A stretch of 64,000 nucleotides of DNA from contig NZ_JMCB01000014.1 of assembly GCF_000737315.1 (NCBI RefSeq), positions 1-64,000 on the forward strand. The letters are read 5' to 3'. The notes under the pieces were generated by a model. It was not told where the DNA came from, made no database searches, and saw only the letters and a list, made by a program, of their open reading frames with translations. Positions 48,195-56,215 of the stretch are shown here, one piece after another. Every line of letters starts with the position of its first letter. The first letter of the stretch is position 1. This DNA comes from Hyalangium minutum. Its GTDB lineage: Bacteria > Myxococcota > Myxococcia > Myxococcales > Myxococcaceae. A program made the position numbers and the translations under genes.

Positions 48195-48986
48195 TCAGCT
48201 GCTTGCAGAGGTGTAGTACCCGATGGAGCGGAGCCACACGCGCCGCGCGACGAAGGCAAACACGAAGGAGCCCGCCACCGCCGCCACCAGCGCCCGAAGC
48301 GGCAGCCGCCCCAGCATCGCCTCCGCGGGGAACGTCGTCATCAGCGCCAGCGGGATGATGAACGTGAAGATGAAGGCCAGCGGCCCCTTGAAGATAGACG
48401 AGGGCCATCGCGCCGCATCGAAGATGGACTGGAAGAAGTAGGTGAGGTTGTCCACCTTCACGACGACGAAGGCGGCGCTCACCGTGAGGATCCACATCGA
48501 GTAGAGCAGCACCGTGCTGGTCCCCAGCAGCACCAGCGCGGCGAAGATCCCTGGGATGGACGGCCCACGCTCTAGCAGGTGGAAGGCGTAGACGATGATG
48601 GCAATGCCCGTGAGCACGTTCGTCGCGCGCCATGGCTCGAAGCCCGTGGTGGACACCAGGAACTGCGCGTCCGCGGGCTTGAGCAGCACGAAGTCCAGCG
48701 TGCCCTTGCGGATGTGCTCCACCACCCCGTTGAGGCTCGGGGTAATGGCTCCCTCCAGCACGCCCTGCAGCAGGGTGAACCAGCCCACCACCAGCAGCGA
48801 CTCGCCGAAGCTCCAGCCTGCGATGGACGGGCGCTCCGCGTAGACGACGAAGAGCGGCGCCATGGCCGTGAACGTCCAGAAGAGGGAGATGAGGCCCTCC
48901 AGCAGAAAGTCCCCGCGATACTGCATGGACAGCAGGACCGAGGCCCTCAGCTGCACGCCCAACAGACCCGCATAGCGCCGCAGCAT
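48195..48986 (-). CDS. ABC-2 type permease (DUF990-like)
   Basis: SMQYRGDF, GTLDFVLLKP, ARWPSSIF, IGYYTSASS. Confidence 0.88.
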   Translation of the reverse strand: MLRRYAGLLGVQLRASVLLSMQYRGDFLLEGLISLFWTFTAMAPLFVVYAERPSIAGWSFGESLLVVGWFTLLQGVLEGAITPSLNGVVEHIRKGTLDFVLLKPADAQFLVSTTGFEPWRATNVLTGIAIIVYAFHLLERGPSIPGIFAALVLLGTSTVLLYSMWILTVSAAFVVVKVDNLTYFFQSIFDAARWPSSIFKGPLAFIFTFIIPLALMTTFPAEAMLGRLPLRALVAAVAGSFVFAFVARRVWLRSIGYYTSASS

Positions 48987-48991
48987 CCCCG

Positions 48992-49795
48992 CTACCCTCC
49001 GTAGGCCGCGAACCGCCGCAGCCCCCGCCGCCACAAGGTGACAGCCAACATCCCCAGCAGCAGCACCCAGATCCACTGTCGCCCGACGAGCAGCAGCGTC
49101 TCCTGCCATGTGCGGTCGCCCGTCATCACCTCCACCGGCAGGCCAATCTGGTAGCGGAAGGGCAGCCAGTCCACCACCGTGCGCATCCAGCCCGGCAGGA
49201 CATCCACCGGGAACATGTACCCGGAGAGGACGAAGAACAGCACCAGCCACACATCCATCACGTGATTGCTGCTCTCCATGAACAGGGACATCGTCCCGAT
49301 GCACACGTTGGCCAGGAAGGTGATGAGCCAGCCGCCCAGCAGCGCCACCAGCAACAGCGGCCAGCCCCACCACTCCCGGGGCACCGCCTGCTCTCCCACC
49401 ACGAGCACCGAGAACACCGCCACCGGCACCGCCACCATGATGCGCATGGGCACCGCGCCCAGGTTCTCCGCCGCGTAGCCCCACAGCGGTGACATGGGCC
49501 GCAGCAGCCGCATGGCCAGCGTGCCCTGCCGCACCTCGAAGTTGATCTGCCAGGCCGCCCAGGCCCCCGTGAGCTGGCGCACCACGAAGGTGCCCAGGAA
49601 GTAGCTCACGAAGCCTTCCTGGGTGTACGGCCCCACGGGCGCCTCGCGCGCCACCGCCGTCCACAGCGCCATCATGATGAAGGGCATGGTGGTGGACAGC
49701 ACCCAGATGAGCAGCTCGGCCCGGTAGGCCAGCGCCTCGGCGAACCCCACACGCAGCAGCGTCGGGAACGCGCGCAGCGTGTTTCGCAGGCTCAC
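48992..49795 (-). CDS. ABC-2 type permease (DUF990-like)
   Basis: GTG start overlapping the ATPase stop. ALAYRAE, GTLAMRLLRP, SGYMFP, FAAYGG. Confidence 0.88.
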   Translation of the reverse strand: MSLRNTLRAFPTLLRVGFAEALAYRAELLIWVLSTTMPFIMMALWTAVAREAPVGPYTQEGFVSYFLGTFVVRQLTGAWAAWQINFEVRQGTLAMRLLRPMSPLWGYAAENLGAVPMRIMVAVPVAVFSVLVVGEQAVPREWWGWPLLLVALLGGWLITFLANVCIGTMSLFMESSNHVMDVWLVLFFVLSGYMFPVDVLPGWMRTVVDWLPFRYQIGLPVEVMTGDRTWQETLLLVGRQWIWVLLLGMLAVTLWRRGLRRFAAYGG

Positions 49796-50799
49796 GGGCT
49801 GGCCTCCCCAGAGGCGACCGCCCTGCGGGCCTTGTTCTCGGCGAACAGCTCGCTCATGACTTCCTCGAGCGGCGCGTTCTCCACCGTCAGGTCCGTCACC
49901 GGCAGGCTCGACAGCGCGCGGCTGATGGTGGCGCTCACCGCCTCCGGAGGTACCTGCAGCACCACCGAGCCCGGCTCGTGTGACACCACGCGGCCCAGCG
50001 AAGCGAGGCTGGCGGCCTCCACCGGCTTCTCCAACCGGAACACCACCCGCTTCTCCGGCCGCACCCGCTGCACCAGCGCGTCCAGCCCGCCGTCGTACGT
50101 CAGCAGCCCCTTGTCGATGACGATGATGCGCGGGCACAGCGCCGCCACGTCATCCATGTAGTGGCTCGTGAGGATGAGCGTGGCCCCGTACCGCTCCGTA
50201 TACGCCTTGATGAAGGAGCGCATCGTCACCTGCATCGACACATCCAGGCCGATGGTGGGCTCGTCCAGGAAGAGCACCTTGGGCCGGTGGATGAGCGCCG
50301 CCGCCAGCTCGCACTTCATCCGCTCGCCGAGGGAGAGCTGCCGCGAGGGCGTCTGGATGAGATCCCCCAGCTCCAGCAGCGCCACCAGCTCGTCCAGCGT
50401 CTGCTTGAACTGCTCCCGGGGTACGTCATAGATGGCGCGGTTGAGCTCGAACGTCTCCGCCGGAGGCAGGTCCCACAGCAGCTGCTGCTTCTGCCCCATG
50501 ACGAGCATGATCTTCTTGAGGTACGCGTCCTCGCGGTGGCGCGGCACGTGGCCGTCCACTGTCACCTCTCCCTCGGAGGGGTGCAGCAGCCCGGAGAGCA
50601 CCTTGAGCGTCGTGGTCTTCCCCGCGCCGTTGGGCCCCAGGAAGCCCACCCGCTCGCCGGGGCGAATCTCGAACGAGATGCCATCCACCGCCTTGACTGC
50701 GGTGTAGTCCCGGTGGAAGAGCGACCGGAAGGCGGCCTTGAGGCCGGGCGGGCGCTTGTGGACTTTGTAGTGCTTGCGCAGACCTCGGACGGAAATCAT
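49792..50799 (-). CDS. ABC transporter ATP-binding protein
   Basis: GPNGAGKTT, LSLGERMK, LFLDEPT, TSH. Confidence 0.93.
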   Translation of the reverse strand: MISVRGLRKHYKVHKRPPGLKAAFRSLFHRDYTAVKAVDGISFEIRPGERVGFLGPNGAGKTTTLKVLSGLLHPSEGEVTVDGHVPRHREDAYLKKIMLVMGQKQQLLWDLPPAETFELNRAIYDVPREQFKQTLDELVALLELGDLIQTPSRQLSLGERMKCELAAALIHRPKVLFLDEPTIGLDVSMQVTMRSFIKAYTERYGATLILTSHYMDDVAALCPRIIVIDKGLLTYDGGLDALVQRVRPEKRVVFRLEKPVEAASLASLGRVVSHEPGSVVLQVPPEAVSATISRALSSLPVTDLTVENAPLEEVMSELFAENKARRAVASGEASP

Positions 50800-50861
50800 G
50801 TGGGACCAGGGTTTAACGCGGTTGCCCTCCGGTGGCGACCCTTCGTTGGGAGTGAGTGTCG

Positions 50862-52028
50862 ATGGCCGACGCCTATAGCAAGGACCTCGAGCGGTGGATT
50901 CCGCGACTCATCGCCGTCTGGAGGAAGGCTCGCCGCAAGGGCGATGGCCCTGAGACGCGACTGACGCCCCAGGAGGTGAAAGAGGTGGGAGCGGGCGTGA
51001 AGCAGCTCTCGCTCGGCCTCACCCGGGAGCGGCAGCTCGCCGGCGCCAAATACATGGACGACCCGAAGCTCCTGGGCGCCTACCTCCTCTTCTACTGGCC
51101 GGTGTCCTATGCCCAGGCGCGTCAGGCGCTCGGGGAGCTGCCGAACCGTCCCCGGCACGTGCTGGACCTGGGAAGTGGTCCAGGCCCGCTGGCCTTCGCC
51201 GCGCTGGATGCTGGAGCCCAGGAGGTGACCGCGGCCGACCGGAGCAAGCCCGCGCTGACGCTCGCCCGGGAACTTGCCACGGAGGCTGGCGAGGCGCTGG
51301 CCACCCGCGAGTGGGATCCAACGCGCAAGGCCCCTCTTCCCGAGGGCCAGTTCGATCTCATCACCATGGGCCACGTCCTCAATGAGCTGTACGGAACGGG
51401 GGACGGGGCCATCGGCCCTCGGGCCGCGCTGCTGGAGCAGGTGCTGGCGCAAGTGAAGAAGGGCGGGAGCCTGCTGGTGCTGGAACCAGCCTTGAAGGAG
51501 ACCTCGCGCGCCCTGCTCAAGGTGCGGGATGTGCTGGTGGGCAAGGGCTACGCGGTACGGGCGCCGTGCATGTTCCGAGGCAACTGTCCGGCGCTCATCA
51601 AGGAGAGCGACTGGTGCCACGCGGAGCGCTCGTGGCCCATGCCTCACGTGGTGGAGGAGCTGGCGCGGGCCGCGGGGCTGCACAAGGAGTCCCTGAAGAT
51701 GAGCTATCTGATGCTCGCGCCCAAGGGCGAGCCCTGGCCGGAGCTGCCTCAAGGCCGGCTCTTCCGCATCGTCTCCGAGCCGCTCGAGGGTAAGGGGCGC
51801 CAGCGCTACATCGGCTGTGGCCCCGAGGGCCGCGTGGGCCTGGCGATGCAGGAGAAGCACCGCACGGAGAAGAACGAGCGCTTCTTCAAGCTCTACCGTG
51901 GTGATGTCATCTCCGTGACTGAGACAGAGCCGAAGGGCGATGGGCTCGCGCTGGATGGCCGCTCCGAGCTGAAGATGGTCGCGCACGCGGGCAGGGGCAT
52001 ACCGCCTCCTTCCACCGAGAACCCATAA
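50862..52028 (+). CDS. Rsm22/METTL17-like SAM-dependent methyltransferase
   Basis: AYLLFYWP, VLDLGSGPG, HVLNEL, LVLEPA, APC..GNCP..DWCH. Confidence 0.8.
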   Translation: MADAYSKDLERWIPRLIAVWRKARRKGDGPETRLTPQEVKEVGAGVKQLSLGLTRERQLAGAKYMDDPKLLGAYLLFYWPVSYAQARQALGELPNRPRHVLDLGSGPGPLAFAALDAGAQEVTAADRSKPALTLARELATEAGEALATREWDPTRKAPLPEGQFDLITMGHVLNELYGTGDGAIGPRAALLEQVLAQVKKGGSLLVLEPALKETSRALLKVRDVLVGKGYAVRAPCMFRGNCPALIKESDWCHAERSWPMPHVVEELARAAGLHKESLKMSYLMLAPKGEPWPELPQGRLFRIVSEPLEGKGRQRYIGCGPEGRVGLAMQEKHRTEKNERFFKLYRGDVISVTETEPKGDGLALDGRSELKMVAHAGRGIPPPSTENP

Positions 52029-52059
52029 CCTCCCCTACCCTGTAGGGCGATGGGTCAGA

Positions 52060-52088
52060 TTGACAGGATGCTCACGTCCCTGCATCTT
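52060..52088 (+). promoter_or_regulatory. Sigma70-type promoter for the thr leader (predicted TSS at the ATG)
   Basis: TTGACA (52060-65), 17 nt, CATCTT (52083-88), 7 nt, ATG at 52096. Confidence 0.55.
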
Positions 52089-52095
52089 GTCCGCC

Positions 52096-52170
52096 ATGAA
52101 GTTCGTCCAGCTCACCACCACCACGACCACCACCACCCGCACTGGCGGGCCGGCGGTCGTGCGCACGTGA
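52096..52170 (+). CDS. Thr-rich leader peptide MKFVQLTTTTTTTTRTGGPAVVRT
   Basis: 8 consecutive Thr codons (10 of 24), 113 nt upstream of thrS, followed by alternative hairpins. Confidence 0.85.
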   Translation: MKFVQLTTTTTTTTRTGGPAVVRT

Positions 52171-52283
52171 GCTGAGCGCGCGGACACCGCAGCCCCGCCG
52201 GAACCACCGGACGGGGCGCACCGCACACTGCTTCAGCACCCCGCTCCGGTCCGGCTTTCCACCCACCGACACGGAGAACGCAC

Positions 52284-53477
52284 ATGCTGAGCGAACACGA
52301 TCATCGATCCCTGGGCGACCGCCTGGACCTCTTCCACCTGCAGGAGGAGGCCCCGGGCATGGTCTTCTGGCACCCCCGAGGGTTCATCCTGTACCAGCTC
52401 CTCGAGGAGCGCGTCCGCCGCGAGCTGGCCGCGGGCGGCTACCGCGAGGTGAGAACGCCTCAGATTCTCGGCCAGCGCATCTGGGAGAGCAGCGGCCACT
52501 GGCAGAACTTCCGCGAGGGCATGTTCGTGCTGGACGACGGCGAGCGGCCTTTTGCCATCAAACCGGTGAGCTGCCCGGGCCACATCCAGATCTTCCAGCG
52601 CATGGCCGCGTCCTTCCGCGCCCTGCCCCTGCGGCTGGCGGAGTTCGGGCTGGTGCACCGCAACGAGTCCTCCGGCGCGTTGCAGGGGCTGTTCCGCCTG
52701 CGGCAGTTCACGCAGGACGACGGCCACATCTTCTGCATGGAGGAGCAGGTGGCCGACGAGGTGGCCGCGTTCTGCCGCTCGCTGCGCGTCTTCTACCGGG
52801 ACTTTGGCTTCGAGGAAGTCCAGGTCGCCTTCAGCAGCCGCCCCGAGCAACGCGCGGGCAGCGATGAAGTCTGGGATCGCGCGGAGGCGGCGCTGCTGGA
52901 GGCCGCGGGGCGCGTCGGGCTCGACTGCCGGATGCAACCGGGCCAGGGGGCGTTCTACGGGCCGAAGCTGGAGTTCATCCTGAAGGACCGCTCGGGCCGC
53001 GAGTGGCAGTGCGGGACGATCCAGCTCGACTTCGTGCTGCCCGAGCGCTTCGACCTGCACTACGTGGACTCGGGCGGCGGGAAGCGGAGGCCGGCCATGC
53101 TGCACCGGGCGATCTTCGGCAGCGTGGAGCGCTTCCTGGGCATCCTGCTCGAGCACCACCAGGGCGCCCTGCCCGCGTGGCTCGCGCCGGAGCAGCTGCG
53201 CGTGCTGCCCGTGGGACCGGACTCGGAGGCCTACGCCTCGGCGGTCCGGAGGCGGCTGGAGGCGGCGGGGCTCCGGGTCAGCGAGGACGCGCGGGGCGAA
53301 ACGCTGTCGCGGCGGATCCTGGACTCCCACCGTGACAGCGTGCCGTTCGTCGTTCTGGTGGGGGCTCGGGAGCAGGCGGCGCTCTCGGTCCAGCTGCGAG
53401 AGCGAAGTGGAGCACAGCGGCAGGTGCCGCTGGAGGCCGCGGTTGCTGAGCTCCGGGAGGCGTGCCGGACGCCATAA
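52284..53477 (+). CDS. thrS: Threonyl-tRNA synthetase, short form (catalytic + anticodon domains only)
   Basis: Starts DHRSLG..LDLF. KPVSCPGH, VHRNE.SG, FYGPKLE, WQCGTIQLD, MLHRAIFGSVERF, WLAPEQ. Confidence 0.93.
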   Translation: MLSEHDHRSLGDRLDLFHLQEEAPGMVFWHPRGFILYQLLEERVRRELAAGGYREVRTPQILGQRIWESSGHWQNFREGMFVLDDGERPFAIKPVSCPGHIQIFQRMAASFRALPLRLAEFGLVHRNESSGALQGLFRLRQFTQDDGHIFCMEEQVADEVAAFCRSLRVFYRDFGFEEVQVAFSSRPEQRAGSDEVWDRAEAALLEAAGRVGLDCRMQPGQGAFYGPKLEFILKDRSGREWQCGTIQLDFVLPERFDLHYVDSGGGKRRPAMLHRAIFGSVERFLGILLEHHQGALPAWLAPEQLRVLPVGPDSEAYASAVRRRLEAAGLRVSEDARGETLSRRILDSHRDSVPFVVLVGAREQAALSVQLRERSGAQRQVPLEAAVAELREACRTP

Positions 53478-53487
53478 GCCTCATCCG

Positions 53488-53508
53488 GGGGGGCCTCTCA
53501 GGCCCCCT
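53488..53508 (+). terminator. Hairpin after thrS
   Basis: GGGGGCCT-CTC-AGGCCCCC, 8-bp stem. Confidence 0.45.
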
Positions 53509-53552
53509 CTGTGCAGGCAAGCACGAGGGCTCTGCTAGTGTGGCCACCCGCC

Positions 53553-54503
53553 ATGCCCTTGCGCTCTCTCTATCCCCCCATCGAGCCCTACAGCACCGGA
53601 CGCCTCCGCGTCTCCGCGCTCCACGAGCTCTACTTCGAGGAGAGCGGCAATCCCCAGGGAAAGCCTGTCCTCTTCGTCCACGGCGGCCCCGGCGGCGGCA
53701 CGGACGAGACGCAGCGGCGCTTCTTCGACCCTGCGGCTTACCGCATCGTGCTGTTCGATCAGCGCGGCTGCGGGAAGAGCACCCCGCACGCGAGCGTGGA
53801 GGAGAACACCACCTGGCACCTCGTGGAGGACATGGAGGCGCTGCGCCGCCACCTCGGCATCAAGCGGTGGATGGTCTTCGGGGGCTCGTGGGGCAGCACG
53901 CTCTCGCTGGCCTACGCGCAGAAGCACCCGGAGCACGTCTCGGAGCTGGTGCTGCGCGGCATCTTCCTGCTGCGCGTCCAGGAGATTCAGTGGTTCTACC
54001 AGCACGGGGCCCACCTGTTCTTCCCGGACGCCTGGGAGGACTTCCTGGCCCCCATCCCTCCCGAGGAGCGCGGAGATCTCGTCCAGGCCTACCACCGACG
54101 GCTCATGAGCAGCGATGCGCAAGTCCGCCAGACCGCAGCCAAGGCCTGGGCCATCTGGGAGGCCCGCACCAGCAACCTCAGGCCCAAGGCCGAAACCATC
54201 GCGCGCTACGGTGAGGACGAGTACTCGCTCGCCTTCTCGCGCATCGAGAGCCACTACTTCGTGAACCGGGGCTTCTTCCGCGGCGACAACCAGCTCCTCG
54301 AGGACGTGCCGCGCATCCGACATATCCCCGCCGTCATCGTCCAGGGGCGCTACGACATGCCCTGCCCCATCGAGAGCGCTTGGGCCCTGCACAAGGCCTG
54401 GCCCGAGGCCGAGCTGAAGATCATCCCGGACGCGGGCCACTCGGCCTATGAGCCCGGCACCACCTCCGCGCTCGTCGAGGCTACCGACATGTTCCGCCCG
54501 TAG
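53553..54503 (+). CDS. pip: Proline iminopeptidase
   Basis: LYPPIEPY, VHGGPGGG, FDQRGCGKSTP, FGGSWGS, GRYD..CP, AGHSAYE. Confidence 0.93.
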   Translation: MPLRSLYPPIEPYSTGRLRVSALHELYFEESGNPQGKPVLFVHGGPGGGTDETQRRFFDPAAYRIVLFDQRGCGKSTPHASVEENTTWHLVEDMEALRRHLGIKRWMVFGGSWGSTLSLAYAQKHPEHVSELVLRGIFLLRVQEIQWFYQHGAHLFFPDAWEDFLAPIPPEERGDLVQAYHRRLMSSDAQVRQTAAKAWAIWEARTSNLRPKAETIARYGEDEYSLAFSRIESHYFVNRGFFRGDNQLLEDVPRIRHIPAVIVQGRYDMPCPIESAWALHKAWPEAELKIIPDAGHSAYEPGTTSALVEATDMFRP

Positions 54504-54689
54504 CGCCAGCCTCAGACCCTCATGGGCGTTCAGCCGTACATGCGTGGGAACGAATGCCGCTGCTCACACTGACGCGGCAGCGGCTGATCCCGCGACACCC
54601 GACATCTGCACTCCCCGTCACCATCCTGCCACTGAACATCAGTGCCACGGCTCGGCGCCAGCCGCGCCGGGTGAACGAAGGGGGAAGTC

Positions 54690-55001
54690 ATGAGACCACA
54701 GGACACCTATGAGCAACTCGTGCCAGATGGCATGACAGAGCTCGACTTGACGCTCGAGGCCCAGGAAGGCTCAGTCGGAGACGGGACCATCCATGCCAAC
54801 AGCTGTGGCGGCTGTGGCGGCTGTGGCGGCTGTGGCGGTTGCGGGCACTGTCGCTGCGGCGGCTGCGGGCACTGCCGCTGCGGCGGTTGCGGTGGCTGCG
54901 GTAACTGCGGCAAATGCCACGGTCTCCGCGCCGATCAGACGGGCGAGGGAGACACCAAGCCCACCGGCTTCGCCCTGCTGGTGGCCCCTGCGAAGAGCTG
55001 A
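54690..55001 (+). CDS. RiPP precursor, heterocycloanthracin/sonorensin-like Cys-Gly-rich core
   Basis: SD AAGGGGGAAG. Acidic leader (TELDLTLE), core [40 protein letters not shown] (14 Cys), 26-aa tail. Directly upstream of E1-like/YcaO/SagB genes. Confidence 0.88.
   Translation: MRPQDTYEQLVPDGMTELDLTLEAQEGSVGDGTIHANSCGGCGGCGGCGGCGHCRCGGCGHCRCGGCGGCGNCGKCHGLRADQTGEGDTKPTGFALLVAPAKS
54803..54882 (+). repeat. Coding tandem repeats within the precursor core
   Basis: CTGTGGCGG x4 (54803-54838) and two 24-bp GGCGGxTGCGGGCACTGyCGCTGC units. Confidence 0.85.
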
Positions 55002-55114
55002 GCCTGGATAGAGGAAGCACACGGGGTGGGGCCTTGCTGCCTCCACCCCTGGCCTTCTCTCCACTCACTTCAGAAATGACCTTTCATCCCCCTCTTCAGA
55101 AATGGAGCTGCTCC

Positions 55115-56194
55115 ATGACACCCGAGCAGAGCGCCCTGCACTTGCGCCTGGAGCCGTACCTGACCGTGGTATCGGACGGAGACACCCATGCCCACCTCAT
55201 GGTGGGCGAGAAGGTCCTGCTGCGCTGCCGCGGCCGCCTCGTGCCCCTGCTCACCTCCCGGCTGCTGCCGAGCCTGGATGGCTCCCTCAGCGTGCAGGAG
55301 GTGTGTGAGCAACTCGACGAGGTGCTCCCCCGGAAGTCCACCCTCTCCCTGCTGGACCTGCTGCTGCGGCACCGGGTGGTGTACGAAACCTCAGCCGAGC
55401 GGCAGCTGCCGCCGCAGGCTGTCGAGGCTTTTGGCGGCCTGATCCACCTGCTCGGCCGCCTCTCCGCGGGCCCCTTCGAGCTGCTGCAATCTCTGCTGGC
55501 GTCGCGGGTGGCCGTGGTGGGGGACTCGCCGCTGGTGCGGGACATCGCTCAGGCCCTGGGGGGCTGCGCCATCGGTCAGGTGGAGCTGCTCTCGGATAGG
55601 GCCATCGCGGCCATCCCTGAGCAGCCCTTCGTGCGCGTGCGCGCCCACCCGCTCGAGGCGCTGGAGGAGGTGGTACCCGGCTGCGCCCTGGTGGTGGGTG
55701 TGCAGGATGGGGACTTCGCGGCGCTGCCCCTCCTTCGCAAGCTCAACCGGTACTGCGTCGCCGAGGGCGCAAGCTGGCTGCACGTGCGGCTCACGCTGGA
55801 GGGCAAGGCCTGGCTGGGCCCCCTGTACATGCAGGACGAGGCCTGCTTCGAATGCGTGAGGCTGCGGTTCAAGAACAACCTCGAGACCTGGCGCGAGAGC
55901 AGCCTGCACGAGCTGGGCGCCCAGCGTGGGGAGCTGCCCGTGCGGCGCCTCGGGCACCCGCCGCTCCAGGCCCAGGTGGGCACCATGGTCGCGACCCAGG
56001 TGCTGCGCATCCTCTCCCACGCCGGCCCGCCCCCCCTGGCCAGCCGAGTGCAGCTGGTGGACCTGCTCACCCTGGAGAGCCACCTGCACACCGTGCTCAA
56101 GCACCCGCTGTGCCCTGTTTGCAGCCGGGCGCAGCAAGGCCCATCGTTCCCATGGGAAGAAGAGGACCTGCAGCTCGACCGGCTGCTGGTGTGA
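55115..56194 (+). CDS. TOMM E1/ThiF-like cyclodehydratase partner (C protein) with N-terminal RRE-like region
   Basis: LLPSLDGSLS..winged-helix segment, RVAVVGD, AWLGPL, ACFEC and HPLCPVC. Confidence 0.85.
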   Translation: MTPEQSALHLRLEPYLTVVSDGDTHAHLMVGEKVLLRCRGRLVPLLTSRLLPSLDGSLSVQEVCEQLDEVLPRKSTLSLLDLLLRHRVVYETSAERQLPPQAVEAFGGLIHLLGRLSAGPFELLQSLLASRVAVVGDSPLVRDIAQALGGCAIGQVELLSDRAIAAIPEQPFVRVRAHPLEALEEVVPGCALVVGVQDGDFAALPLLRKLNRYCVAEGASWLHVRLTLEGKAWLGPLYMQDEACFECVRLRFKNNLETWRESSLHELGAQRGELPVRRLGHPPLQAQVGTMVATQVLRILSHAGPPPLASRVQLVDLLTLESHLHTVLKHPLCPVCSRAQQGPSFPWEEEDLQLDRLLV

Positions 56195-56215
56195 GGTGGA
56201 AGGAGGTGGAAGGCC

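Noticed and set aside
48195-54503. ABC-2 exporter, thrS and pip as export, self-resistance and protease genes of the RiPP cluster
   Set aside because: The exporter is divergent and more than 3.8 kb away, thrS has its own Thr leader and hairpin, and Pip removes N-terminal Pro only. No sequence evidence links them; only synteny data could rescue the idea.
54522-54570. Short ORF MGVQPYMRGNECRCSH upstream of the RiPP precursor as a second precursor
   Set aside because: No SD, no leader similarity to the main precursor, too short.
54803-54882. Short tandem repeats as a possible CRISPR array
   Set aside because: 9- and 24-bp units with no spacers, in frame in a coding sequence; no cas genes.
54690-55001. 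Precursor as a plain metallothionein, or the cluster as a thiopeptide BGC
   Set aside because: Adjacent E1-like/YcaO/SagB genes argue for a RiPP; no LanB dehydratases or pyridine synthase, and only one core Ser, argue against a thiopeptide.
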